A stretch of DNA of 64,000 nt, taken from the NCBI GenBank assembly GCA_963800695.1, contig CAWDCA010000019.1, positions 15,085 through 79,084 on the forward strand, written 5' to 3'. The notes beneath the pieces were generated by a model that saw only the letters and a list, made by a program, of their open reading frames with translations, was not told the origin of the DNA and did no database searches. Source of the DNA: an uncultured Alphaproteobacteria bacterium (GTDB taxonomy: Bacteria; Pseudomonadota; Alphaproteobacteria; Rhizobiales; Xanthobacteraceae). Below, piece by piece: positions 47,938 to 58,077 of the stretch (the stretch's first letter is position 1; the number at the start of each line of letters is the position of its first letter). The position numbers and the translations under genes are program-made.

Positions 47938-50923
47938 GCAGGCGCGCTCCCGAGGGATCGTAGAACTGCGGTTGCGCGACGTTTACGGCAATCGTCTCGT
48001 CGGGCATCGGAACATGCAGCGTCTCGCCGATACGGCTGCGCCCGGCCTTGACCATGCCGAGCGCGACCGAGCGCTCCAGCGCGGGGCTCCAGTACGACGA
48101 CGTCACGTGTCCGATAATGTCCATCGGGACGGGCTGGCGCGGATCGGCGACAAGCTGGGTGCCCTCCTCCAGCACGATGTCGGAATTCACCGTCAGCAGC
48201 CCGACGAGTTGCCTGCGATCGGGTGCCGACATCGCGGGCCGCGCCAGCGAACGCTTGCCGACGAAATCGATTTTGCTCTTTCCAATCGCCCAGCCGAGAC
48301 CGGCATCGTCCGGCGTCGCGGTGCCGTCGGTTTCCTGGCCGATGATGATGTAGCCCTTCTCGGCGCGCAGCACGTGCATCGCCTCTGTGCCGTACGGCGT
48401 GATGCCGAAAGCCCTGCCCGCAGCGAACACCGCTTCCCACACCGCGCGTCCGTAATCGGCCGGTACATTGATCTCGTAGCCGAGTTCGCCCGTGAAGCTC
48501 ACGCGGAACAGCCGCATCGGCACGCCGCAGATGCGGCCTTCGGCCATCGACATGTGCGGCATCGCCTGCGGCGAAATATCGACGGACACAAGCGGCTCGA
48601 TCACCTTGCGGGCATGCGGGCCCTGCACGGCGATGACGGCCCATTGCTCGGTCGTGGATGTGAGCCAGACCTCGAGATCGGGCCACTCGGTCTGGAGATA
48701 GTCCTCCATCATGTGCAGCACGCGCGAAACGCCGCCGGTCGTGGTCGTCACGTGAAACCGGTCGGCGGCAAGGCGCGCCACCACGCCGTCGTCGAGCACG
48801 AAGCCATCCTCGCGCAGCATCACGCCGTAGCGCAGGCGCCCGGGCGCGAGGCGATCCCACGCGTTGACGTACATGCGATTGAGAAATTCCGCCGCATCGC
48901 GCCCGACGACCTCGATCTTGCCGAGCGTCGAGGCGTCGAACAGGCCGACCGAATTGCGCACCGCCAGGCATTCGCGCTTTACGGCGCCCGCCATATCCTC
49001 GCCGCCGCGCGGGAAATACCGCGCGCGCTTCCACGACCCGACGTCCTCGAACACGGCGCCGTTGTTTTCCGCCCAGCCATGGATCGGCGTGCAGCGCACC
49101 GGATCGAACAGGTCGCGGCGCGCGCCGCCAGCCAATGTGCCGAATGTGACCGGCGTGTAGGGCATGCGGAAAGTCGTCAGCCCGATCTGCGGGACCGGCG
49201 CGCCGACCGCCTGAGCCACGACGCCGAGCGCATTCATGTTCGACGTCTTGCCCTGATCGGTCGCCATGCCGGCCGTGGTGTAGCGCTTGACGTGCTCGAC
49301 CGAACGGAAGCCCTCGCGCACCGCGAGCGCGAGGTCCTTGGTGGTCACGTCGTTCTGGAAATCGACGAAAGCCCGTTGCCTCGCATGGCGGTCCGCCGGC
49401 GCCGCTTCGGACATGCCGCCTTGCGCGGGCTCGATCGCCGACACCGTGAAGGCACGCGAAGCGGCCTTGCGGCACCCGGCCGCAAGTGCGGCCGCTTCAC
49501 CCTGCGCGGTGCCGTCGGACAGCGCGGCGTGCAGACCGTAGAGCCCGCGGCATGCGCCGGCCGACCGCTCCCGCTCGGCCGATGCCGCCGGAAGGTAGCT
49601 TTGCAGTTCCTCGTCCCAGCGCAGTCTGCCGCGCGACTGTGAAAACAGATGCACGCTCGGCGTCATGCCGGCGGACATCAACACGAGATCGCAGCCAACC
49701 GTTTCGGATGCGCCGACTGAGCCGTCAGGCGCCATTTGCGACAGCGCAACGCCCGACACGCGCCGCCTGCCCCGTGTGGCAACCACCCTGGTGGCGGCGC
49801 GGATCGGCAGCCCGGCGGCCACGGCCGCGGCGTGCAGCGGACCGCCCGGAAGCGCGCGCACATCCGCGATGGCGGCGATCTTCACGCCGCGCGCCGCAAG
49901 GTCCATCGCGGCCCGATAGGCGCCATCGTGCGCCGTGACGACCACCGCGCGCGTGCCCGGGCTCGCCGCGTAACGCACCGCGTAGGTCCGCGCCGCGTCC
50001 GCCAGCATGATCCCCGGCCGGTCGTTGCCGGGAAACACCAGCGGCCGCTCGATCGCGCCCGCGGCGATCACCACTTCGCTAGCGCGCACCTGCCACAGCC
50101 GCTCGCGCGGAGCATCTTGCGGATCGGCCAGATGATCGGTGAGCCGCTCGGCAAGGCCGATCATGTTGTGCGGGAAGTATCCGAACGCCGTGGTGCGCGG
50201 CAGAGCCGTGACATTGTCGCAGCTCGCGAGTGCCGCGAGCGTTTCGGCGAGCCAGGCCTGCGCGGGCTTGCGGTCGATCAGCGCGTCGCTCGCGGCGAGC
50301 AAGGAGCCACCGAACTCCGCCTGTTCGTCGCACAGCATCACCTGTGCGCCGGATGCAGCCGCGGCAAGCGCCGCCGCGAGCCCGGCCGGGCCGGCGCCGA
50401 TCACCAGCACGTCGCAATGCGCGTAGCGGCGCGTGTAGCGATCCGGGTCCGGCAGCTTCGGCGCACGTCCAAGCCCGGCCATCGCGCGGATCCGCGGCTC
50501 ATACAGGCGCTTCCACGCGCCGCGCGGCCACATGAAGGTCTTGTAGTAGAAGCCCGCCGGGATCAGCGGCGCGACGAAATCGTTCACCGCCGAAACATCG
50601 AAGGCGAGCGAGGGCCAGCGGTTCTGGCTTTCCGCCACAAGCCCGTCATAGAGCTCGATCTGCGTTGCCCGCACGTTCGGCGTCATGCGCGCCGCGTCGC
50701 GCACGACGGTGACCAGCGCATTGGGTTCGTCGCTGCCTGCCGCCACGATGCCGCGCGGCCGGTGATATTTGAACGAACGCCCGACAAGGTGCACGCCGTT
50801 CGCGATGAGGGCGGAGGCGAGCGTGTCGCCCGCGACACCCTCGTACGCACGGCCGTCGAATTGAAAACGCAGCGGCTTGCCGCGATCGATGCGCCCGCCG
50901 CCGGGAAGCCGGAACGGACTCAT
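47930..50923 (-). CDS. soxA: heterotetrameric sarcosine oxidase alpha subunit
   Basis: From ATG 50923: MSPFRLPGGGRIDRGKPLRFQFDGRAYEGVAGDTLASALIANGVHLVGRSFKYHRPRG... NAD/FAD fold VLVIGAGPAGLAAAL and a C-terminal GcvT-like folate domain. Confidence 0.9.
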   Translation of the reverse strand: MSPFRLPGGGRIDRGKPLRFQFDGRAYEGVAGDTLASALIANGVHLVGRSFKYHRPRGIVAAGSDEPNALVTVVRDAARMTPNVRATQIELYDGLVAESQNRWPSLAFDVSAVNDFVAPLIPAGFYYKTFMWPRGAWKRLYEPRIRAMAGLGRAPKLPDPDRYTRRYAHCDVLVIGAGPAGLAAALAAAASGAQVMLCDEQAEFGGSLLAASDALIDRKPAQAWLAETLAALASCDNVTALPRTTAFGYFPHNMIGLAERLTDHLADPQDAPRERLWQVRASEVVIAAGAIERPLVFPGNDRPGIMLADAARTYAVRYAASPGTRAVVVTAHDGAYRAAMDLAARGVKIAAIADVRALPGGPLHAAAVAAGLPIRAATRVVATRGRRRVSGVALSQMAPDGSVGASETVGCDLVLMSAGMTPSVHLFSQSRGRLRWDEELQSYLPAASAERERSAGACRGLYGLHAALSDGTAQGEAAALAAGCRKAASRAFTVSAIEPAQGGMSEAAPADRHARQRAFVDFQNDVTTKDLALAVREGFRSVEHVKRYTTAGMATDQGKTSNMNALGVVAQAVGAPVPQIGLTTFRMPYTPVTFGTLAGGARRDLFDPVRCTPIHGWAENNGAVFEDVGSWKRARYFPRGGEDMAGAVKRECLAVRNSVGLFDASTLGKIEVVGRDAAEFLNRMYVNAWDRLAPGRLRYGVMLREDGFVLDDGVVARLAADRFHVTTTTGGVSRVLHMMEDYLQTEWPDLEVWLTSTTEQWAVIAVQGPHARKVIEPLVSVDISPQAMPHMSMAEGRICGVPMRLFRVSFTGELGYEINVPADYGRAVWEAVFAAGRAFGITPYGTEAMHVLRAEKGYIIIGQETDGTATPDDAGLGWAIGKSKIDFVGKRSLARPAMSAPDRRQLVGLLTVNSDIVLEEGTQLVADPRQPVPMDIIGHVTSSYWSPALERSVALGMVKAGRSRIGETLHVPMPDETIAVNVAQPQFYDPSGARLHA

Positions 50924-51222
50924 CGGCGCACCCCGCTCGCGAGCGCGCCGAGATCGGGCTTCGGATCGCCGATCTTGTAGGTGTTCAGGAAAAAGTCGCT
51001 GACCGTGTCGCGCACCGCATTGAAGAAGCGGCCGCAGCCGTGCACATGGCGCCAGCGCTCGATATGCAGGCCCTTCGGGTTGCGGCGATTGTAGAGATAG
51101 TCCGCCCACTCGGCGTCGCTGAGCGCAAAGGGATCGGCCGGACGCCCGATATGTGCTTCTCCGCCATGGCGGAATTCGATTTCCGGGCGGTCGCCGCAAT
51201 AGGGGCATCTGATGATCAGCAT
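50920..51222 (-). CDS. soxD: heterotetrameric sarcosine oxidase delta subunit
   Basis: 100 aa starting MLIIRCPYCGDRPEIEFRHGGEAH, with the zinc-ribbon Cys pattern of SoxD. Confidence 0.9.
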   Translation of the reverse strand: MLIIRCPYCGDRPEIEFRHGGEAHIGRPADPFALSDAEWADYLYNRRNPKGLHIERWRHVHGCGRFFNAVRDTVSDFFLNTYKIGDPKPDLGALASGVRR

Positions 51223-51229
51223 GCGCCCC

Positions 51230-52480
51230 TCAATGCGCCACAGCGGCGGCGGCCGCTTCGTCGATCATCACGCCGTCACGGAAGCGCTCCAGCGAAAACG
51301 GCGCGTTGATCGGATGCGGGCGGCCGTTCGCGATGGTGTCGGCGAACACATGGCCGGAGCCCGGCGTCGCCTTGAAGCCGCCGGTGCCCCAGCCGCAATT
51401 CACGTAAAGGCCCGTCACCGGCGTCTTGCCGATGATCGGCGAACGGTCGGGCGTCACATCGACGATGCCGCCCCAGTTGCGCAGCATGCGCATGCGCCGG
51501 AACATCGGGAACAGTTCGCAGATCGCCTCGATCGTGTGCGTCGTGACGTGCAGGGCGCCGCGCTGGCTGTAGGACGTGTAGGCGTCGGTGCCCGCGCCGA
51601 TGACAAGCTCGCCCTTGTCGGACTGGCTGATGTATGCGTGGATCGTGTTCGACATCACGACGCAGGGAAACACCGGCTTCACCGGCTCGGATACCAGCGC
51701 CTGCAGCGGGAAGCTCTCCAGCGGCACGCGCACGCCGGCCATCGCCATGATCGTGCTGCTATGGCCCGCCGCGACGACGCCGATTTTTCGCGTGCGGATG
51801 TCGCCGCGCGTCGTCTCGACCGCCGCGACCGCGCCTGACGCATCGCGGCGGATCGCCGTCACCTCGCAATTCTGGATGATGTCGACGCCGAGCGAATCCG
51901 CGGCCCGCGCATAACCCCACGCCACCGCGTCATGGCGCGCCACCCCGCCGCGCCGTTGCAGCGCGCCGCCGAGCACCGGATAGCGCATATCGGGTGAGAT
52001 ATTGAGCGGCGGGCAGAACGCCTTGCACTCTTCCGGCGTCAGCCATTCGTTGTCGACGCCGTTGAGGCGATTGGCGTGAACGTGGCGCCGGAACACCTGG
52101 ATGTCGTGCACGTTGTGCGCCAGCATCAGCACGCCGCGCGGCGAAAACATCACATTGTAATTGAGCTCCTGCGACAGCCCTTCCCACAGCTTGAGCGCAT
52201 GATCGTAGATCGCGGCGCTCTCGTCCCACAGATAGTTGGAGCGGATGATGGTGGTGTTGCGCCCGGTGTTGCCGCCGCCAAGCCAGCCCTTCTCCAGCAC
52301 CGCCACATTGGCGACGCCGTGCTGCTTCGCCAGATAGTACGCGGTCGCGAGCCCGTGCCCGCCCGCGCCGACGATCACGACGTCATAGGCGGCCTTCGGC
52401 ACGGGATCGCGCCATTGCGCGGGCCAGTGCGCGTGGCCGGACGCCGCCTGACGCAGAAGGTTGAACAACGAGTACTTCAT
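51230..52480 (-). CDS. soxB: heterotetrameric sarcosine oxidase beta subunit
   Basis: 416 aa with [21 protein letters not shown] (FAD fold) and the HWPAQWRDP pattern near the N-terminus. Confidence 0.9.
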   Translation of the reverse strand: MKYSLFNLLRQAASGHAHWPAQWRDPVPKAAYDVVIVGAGGHGLATAYYLAKQHGVANVAVLEKGWLGGGNTGRNTTIIRSNYLWDESAAIYDHALKLWEGLSQELNYNVMFSPRGVLMLAHNVHDIQVFRRHVHANRLNGVDNEWLTPEECKAFCPPLNISPDMRYPVLGGALQRRGGVARHDAVAWGYARAADSLGVDIIQNCEVTAIRRDASGAVAAVETTRGDIRTRKIGVVAAGHSSTIMAMAGVRVPLESFPLQALVSEPVKPVFPCVVMSNTIHAYISQSDKGELVIGAGTDAYTSYSQRGALHVTTHTIEAICELFPMFRRMRMLRNWGGIVDVTPDRSPIIGKTPVTGLYVNCGWGTGGFKATPGSGHVFADTIANGRPHPINAPFSLERFRDGVMIDEAAAAAVAH

Positions 52481-52530
52481 CTCAATGCGAGGCTCTCCCT
52501 TGCGTTTCCGCCGAAGCGGCCGTCACACGC

Positions 52531-54102
52531 CTAGCGCTTGCGCAAAACCTGACCGGCGCGCGCGCCGGTCAGAGCGCCGTTCGACAACGTCGCCACGCCG
52601 TTGACCACGACATGACGCATTCCGTGTGCGAGCTGGTTCGGCTCGAACATCGTCCCGCGCTCGCCGAACTGATCTTCGGCAAACACCGCGATGTCGGCCC
52701 GCCCGCCGACCCGGATCGCGCCGCGATCCGATAGTCCGAGAATTTTCGCCGGCATGCCGGTGAGGCGATGCACCGCCTCCTCGGGCTTGAGCAGCCGCCA
52801 TTCGCGCACCAAAGCGCGCCAGAACCACGCCGCCCAGGTGTAGGCGCCGTGGAACATCTTGTCGGCGAGCGGGCCATCGGTTGCCAGCGTCGTCGCATCC
52901 GAGCCCGGCATGCAGAGCGGGTGCGCGAATGCGACCTTCTGCATCTCCTCGTCGTACACGGTCAGCAGCACCATCGGCCGCTGCAGCGTCTCGGCCTCGT
53001 CGGCCAGAATGTCGAGCGCGCAGTCGTGCGGATCGCGGTCCTGACGCCGCCCAATCTCGCCGAGGCTCAGGCGCGAGATGTCGGCATGGCCCGGCAGATC
53101 GAGCAATATGACGTTGTCCCAGTTGCCGACGCTGCCGATCAGGCTCGCGTAGGACTTGATGCGCGCGCGGCTCTCCTGGCTGTAAAGGTGGCGGCGCACG
53201 CCGTCGCTTCCTTCGGTCAGCGCCCACGGCGGCAGCAGCGTGCTCAGCATCGTGGTGCCGTACAGCCGCGTGTGCATGTCGAAGGCAATGTCCTGCCCCC
53301 GCGCGCGTGCCTCGTCGACCACCTCGACGCAGCGCAGGCTGCCTTTGTGATCGCAGCGCGGAATGAGGTGACTGACCTGAAGCTGCACCTCCGCGTTGCG
53401 CGCAATGCGGATCACCTCTTCGACCGCTTGCGCCGCATGGTCCGCGCGGTCGCGCGTATGCGTCGCAAAGAATTTTCCGGCGCGTCCGGTCTCGCGCGCG
53501 AGCGCGGTCAGTTCTTCTTCGGATGACCCCGCTTCGCTTGGATACTCAAGACCGATCGAATAGCCGGCGGCGCCTTCGGACAATCCGTCGCGCAGCAGAT
53601 CGCGCATGCGCGCGATCTCGCTCTGGTTCGCGGCGCGCTCCGTCAGCCCGAGTGTCGCGAGCCGAAGCTGCCCGTTCGGCATCAACGTCATCACGTTGAT
53701 GGCGGGGCGCGCTGCTTCCAGCTTTTCGAGATAGCCGCCGATGCCCTGCCAGGTCAGCGGGATCGAATTGTCGAAGCCGTAGATCGCATTGGCGGCGAGC
53801 CGCGGATCGGCGATCGGCGCGCAGCCGAAGCCGCAATTGCCGATCACCTCCAGCGTCACGCCCTGCGCGACCGCACTCATCGCGCGCGGATCGATCAGCA
53901 GCGTGTAGTCGGAGTGGCTGTGGATATCGATGAAGCCGGGCGTGACCGCGAGGCCGCTCGCGTCGATCACCTGCTTCGTCTCGCCGCCCACGCGGCCGAT
54001 CTCGGCGATGCGTCCATCCGCGATGGCGACGTCGGCTTCGACCGGCACCTTTCCGGAGCCGTCATAGACCGTGCCGCCGCGGATGAGGATATCGTAGCTC
54101 AT
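52531..54102 (-). CDS. D-aminoacylase-type (N-acyl-D-amino-acid deacylase family) metal-dependent amidohydrolase
   Basis: From ATG 54102: MSYDILIRGGTVYDGSGKVPVEADVAIADGRIAEIG...GFIDIHSHSD (HxH metal motif). The start lies 1 nt after the hyuB2 stop. Confidence 0.8.
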   Translation of the reverse strand: MSYDILIRGGTVYDGSGKVPVEADVAIADGRIAEIGRVGGETKQVIDASGLAVTPGFIDIHSHSDYTLLIDPRAMSAVAQGVTLEVIGNCGFGCAPIADPRLAANAIYGFDNSIPLTWQGIGGYLEKLEAARPAINVMTLMPNGQLRLATLGLTERAANQSEIARMRDLLRDGLSEGAAGYSIGLEYPSEAGSSEEELTALARETGRAGKFFATHTRDRADHAAQAVEEVIRIARNAEVQLQVSHLIPRCDHKGSLRCVEVVDEARARGQDIAFDMHTRLYGTTMLSTLLPPWALTEGSDGVRRHLYSQESRARIKSYASLIGSVGNWDNVILLDLPGHADISRLSLGEIGRRQDRDPHDCALDILADEAETLQRPMVLLTVYDEEMQKVAFAHPLCMPGSDATTLATDGPLADKMFHGAYTWAAWFWRALVREWRLLKPEEAVHRLTGMPAKILGLSDRGAIRVGGRADIAVFAEDQFGERGTMFEPNQLAHGMRHVVVNGVATLSNGALTGARAGQVLRKR

Positions 54103-54103
54103 G

Positions 54104-55847
54104 TTATTCGGCCGCCTCCCGCATCGAGGCGCGGCGCGCGCGCGTCGCAGCCTCATCGACCCGCAGGCTTGCGTCGATCACGACGCCATAGCGTTCTTCC
54201 GCCGCCTGCCGCGAGACCTTTTCCTCGCGAACATCGTCGAGCACCAGTTCGGGTTCGCGCGCGAACGCCGCACCGAAGCCCCCGCCCCCCGCCGAGATAT
54301 GCTGGAACACATCGCCCTTGCGCAGCGGGATCGAGGCCATCGGCATGGTCGGCAGTTTACGCTCTGCCGCCGTGCCGGGATTGAGCACGTTGAGCGAGCC
54401 GCCGCCCGGCTCGCCGCCAGCGAGCCCATAAGGCGGGTGATCGCGGCGATCCGCGCGCATCGTGCACTGCGCGTTATCGGCGAGCACCCGATAGGTGCGG
54501 CTGAACGCAAGCCCGCCGCGGCGGCGGCCGGGCCCGCCGGAGTCCGTGACAAAGCTGTATTCGGTGACCTGCAGCGGCAACTCGGCTTCGATCAGTTCGA
54601 CCGGATTGTTCGACAAGTTGGCGGCAGGATTTGAGATGCCCTCGATGCCATCGAGCGTCGGCGCGCGCGCCCCAGGTGCCGACCATCACTTCGGTGAGGA
54701 CGAACGGCTTGCCGTTCTGCCGCCCGCCGATCGAGAACAACGTCGGGCCGCCCTCGCAACCCGCGATCACGCGCTCCGGCACGACCTGCGCCAGCGCGCC
54801 CATGATGGCATCGAACACGCGATAGCCCATGACGCCGCGCGCCGCGCAGGCTGCCGGGTGCTCTGGATTGAGGATCGTGCCGCGCGGGACGATCAGCTTG
54901 ACCGGCCGCATGTAGCCTTCGCAGTTCGGGATTTCGCGGTCGGTCAGGCAGCGGATCGCGCAATAGGTGGACGAGTTCACCATCGCGATCGGGCAATTCA
55001 CCGCCGCCTGCACCTGAGCCGATGTGCCGGTGAAGTCGATGGTGATGCCGTCGCCCTCCACAATGACCTCGGCGGCGATCCGCAACGGCTCCGGAACATC
55101 GCCGACGCCGTCGATCCAGTCCTCGAACGAATAGCGGCCATCCGGGATTTCGGAAATCACGCTGCGCATCATCCGCTCGGCCTGATCCTGCATCGCATCC
55201 AGATAGCGGCGCAGGTCGCTCGCGCCGTACTTCGCCAGCAGAGCGCGATATCCACGCTCGCCAACCGCGCAGGCCGCAAGCTGCGCCCGGATGTCGCCGA
55301 TCAGCTGCACCGGCATGCGCGTGTTCTTCTCCAGGATGCGCAGCAGCATCGCGTTCGGCACGCCGGCCTCGTGCAGCTTCACGACCGGAAGGCAGATGCC
55401 TTCCTGGAAAATCTCGGTCGCATGGATGGCGGTCGAACCGGGCGCGATGCCGCCCACATCGCAGTGATGCGCCATCGTGCAGGCCCAGCCTTCGATGACG
55501 CCGTCGTGGAAGATCGGCTTGACGATATAGAAGTCCGGCAGGTGCTGTCCGCCGGAGCCGTACGGGTCGTTATAGAGAAAGACGTCGCCCGGCTGCGCCG
55601 TCGGCGCATGATCGGCCATCAGGATGCGCATCCCGTCCGGGAACGAGCCGAGTTGCACCGCCAGCGTGAGGCCCTGCGCGATCAGTTGCCCGCGCCGGTC
55701 GCACAGCGCGGTCGAGTAATCCATCGTGTCGCGCACCACCGGCGAATAGGCGCTGCGCATCACGATCAGCGCCATCTCGTCGGCAACCGACGAGAGCGCG
55801 TTCTTGATCACCTCGAAGGTGATCGGATCGAGGCGCGGCGCGCTCAT
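54104..55847 (-). pseudogene. hyuB: second HyuB-type subunit, frameshift near 54665-54672
   Basis: From ATG 55847: MSAPRLDPITFEVIKNALSSVADEMALIVMRSAYSPVVRDTMDYSTALCD...LTEVMVGTWGAR then drifts. The frame of ORF 54104..54616 continues PTLDGIEGISNPAANLSNNPVELIEAELPLQVTEYS... Confidence 0.8.
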
Positions 55848-57978
55848 TGGGCCTCCTCGGGAAGCTCGATCTCGATATTGCCGAGCGCATCGAGCCGCGC
55901 GCGTGCATCGTGCGGGACGACACAAGTCGCATCGTATTCCTCGACGATGAGGGGGCCGGCACGCCAGGTCTCGCTCAGCCTGCCGCGCGCGATCACCGGC
56001 GTGTCGATGAAGCCCGCGTCGCGGCCGAAATAGGCCCGGCGCGTCGTATCCTGCGCGCAACTTGCTAGTCTGCGGCCGGGTGGAAATGCGCTCGTAGTCG
56101 AACGCCGCACCATCGGACACCACACGCGCATAGACGCGGATCGACACGACATCGGCCGGATCGGCATTCGAGCCGTGGCCGTAGGTCTTGCGATGCTCGT
56201 CGTGGAAATTCGCCACCACATCCGCGAGGCGGTCGCCTTCGTCGACGGGAATCGTCAGTTCGTAAGCCTGACCCGCGTAGCGCAGCTCGGCGAAGCGGCG
56301 GAGTGCGAGGCTCTCCGAGGTGCGCTTCTCGCTTTCCATCGCGGCGCGGCCGAGCGTTTCCAGCCGGGCGAACAGGCCGGCAAACTCGGCGTCGGTCAGT
56401 TCCTGGGTGGAGCGGAACAGGCTTGAGGAAAACTCGTGCTCGATCTCGGACATCAGCAGGCCGAGCGCACTGAACACGCCCGGCGCCGGCGGGATCAGCA
56501 CCTTGCGGATCGACAGCGCACGCGCGACCGCCGCGGCGACCATCGGCCCGTTGCCGCCAAAGCCGATCAGCACGAAGTCGCGCGGATCGCGCCCCCGATA
56601 GGTCGTCACCGCCTTGACGGCGCGCGTCATGGTCGCCGCCGCAATCGTGTAGATGCCGTAGGCGGCTTCGGCGAGCGGCAGGCCGAGGGGCTTGGCGATC
56701 CGCTCTTCCAAGGCGGCGATCGCCCGCGCGGCGTCGAGCTTCACACGGCCGCCGGCCAACTCAGTGGGGTTGAGATAGCCCGCTGCCAGCGCCGCATCCG
56801 TGAATGTCGGCTCCGTGCCGCCCGCCCCGTAACAGACCGGACCCGGGCACCGCGCCCGCGCTGCGCGGGCCGACCGACAGGTTTCCCGCCGCATCGAGCG
56901 ACACGATCGAACCTCCGCCCGCGCCGATCTCGGACACGTCGATGAACGGCAGCTTGATCGGATAGCCGCCGCCCTTGACGAGCTTGCTCGACAGGTTGAT
57001 CCCCGAGCCGACCTCATATTCGGTCGTCCGCGCCGGCTCGCCATTCTCGATCATCGCCGCCTTGGCGGTCGTGCCGCCCATGTCGAGCGAGATCGCGTTG
57101 GCGAGCCCGAGCGCGCGCGCCATCCGGGCGCTCGCGATCACGCCGGCGGCCGGACCGGACTCGACCGTGTAGGCCGGCTTCTCGCGCGCGGCATCGATCG
57201 ACATGATGCCGCCGTTCGACTGCATGATCTGCAGCGGCGCGCGAATGCCGATGTCACGGACGTCGCGCTCGAGCGCATCGAGATAATCGCGCACCACCGG
57301 GCCGATATACGCGCTCACCACAGCCGTGCTGGTGCGCTCGTATTCGCGGATCTCCGGGAGCACATCGGCCGAGCACGTCACATAGACATTGGCAGGAACA
57401 TGCTCGCGCACGATCTCGGCGACGCGGCGCTCATGGGCCGGGTCCGCGTAGGAATGCAGCAGCGAGATCGCGACCGACTGGACGCCCGCTTGCCTCAGGG
57501 TTTTGGCCGCCGCAATGACGCTATCCTCATCGAGCGCCGTCCATACGGCGCCGCGCGGCCCCATCCGTTCCTCGACCTCCAGCCGCAGCCGGCGCGGCAC
57601 GAGCGGTGGCGGCTTGCGGTACTGCAGATCGTAGAGCACCGGAATGCGCAGGCGGCGCATCTCGAGCACGTCGCGGAAGCCCTTGGTGGTGATCAGCCCC
57701 GTGCGCGCGCCTTTCAGCTCGATGATCGCGTTGGTCGCAACCGTGGAGGCATGCGCAAGCGCCGTGAGTGAGTCCGCCGGAACGCCTTGCTCGGCAATCA
57801 GCTCCGAGACCCCTTCGACGATGGCCCGGCCGAAACTCTCAGGCGTGGATGAGACCTTCTTGGTCGCGATCGATCCGTCGGTGCCGATGAGGACGACGTC
57901 GGTGAAGGTGCCGCCGATATCCGCCCCGATCCGGTAGGCGACTGGCCCGCGATCCGCGTTGGCCGCCTCGCCCAGCAT
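55844..57978 (-). pseudogene. hyuA: second HyuA-type subunit, two frameshifts (near 56842-56847 and near 56050)
   Basis: Three ordered pieces in three frames. MLGEAANADRGPVAYRIGADIGGTFTDVV...SAGAVPG. PVCYGAGGTEPTFTDAAL...AAFDYERISTRPQTSKLRA. QDTTRRAYFGRDAGFIDTPVIARGRL...GPLIVEEYDATCVV...IELPEEAQ*. The stop overlaps the hyuB2 ATG (ATGA). Confidence 0.8.
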
Positions 57979-58077
57979 GATCCGGCTCTCCCCACCTGTC
58001 CGGCCAAAACGCTAGCACGCGCCAAACGATAAACAGGGTTAGAAAATTTCCATCATCAATGATAAGTTTTTTGGATC

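Noticed and set aside
54474-57044. An 856-aa ORF spanning the hyuA2/hyuB2 region
   Set aside because: It is a chimera. Its frame carries the middle of hyuA2 and most of hyuB2, joined by a nonsense stretch (LFRPRRGLHRHAGDRARQAERDLACRPPHRRG...). The true hyuA2 C-terminus lies there in another frame and ends in an ATGA overlap with the hyuB2 start.
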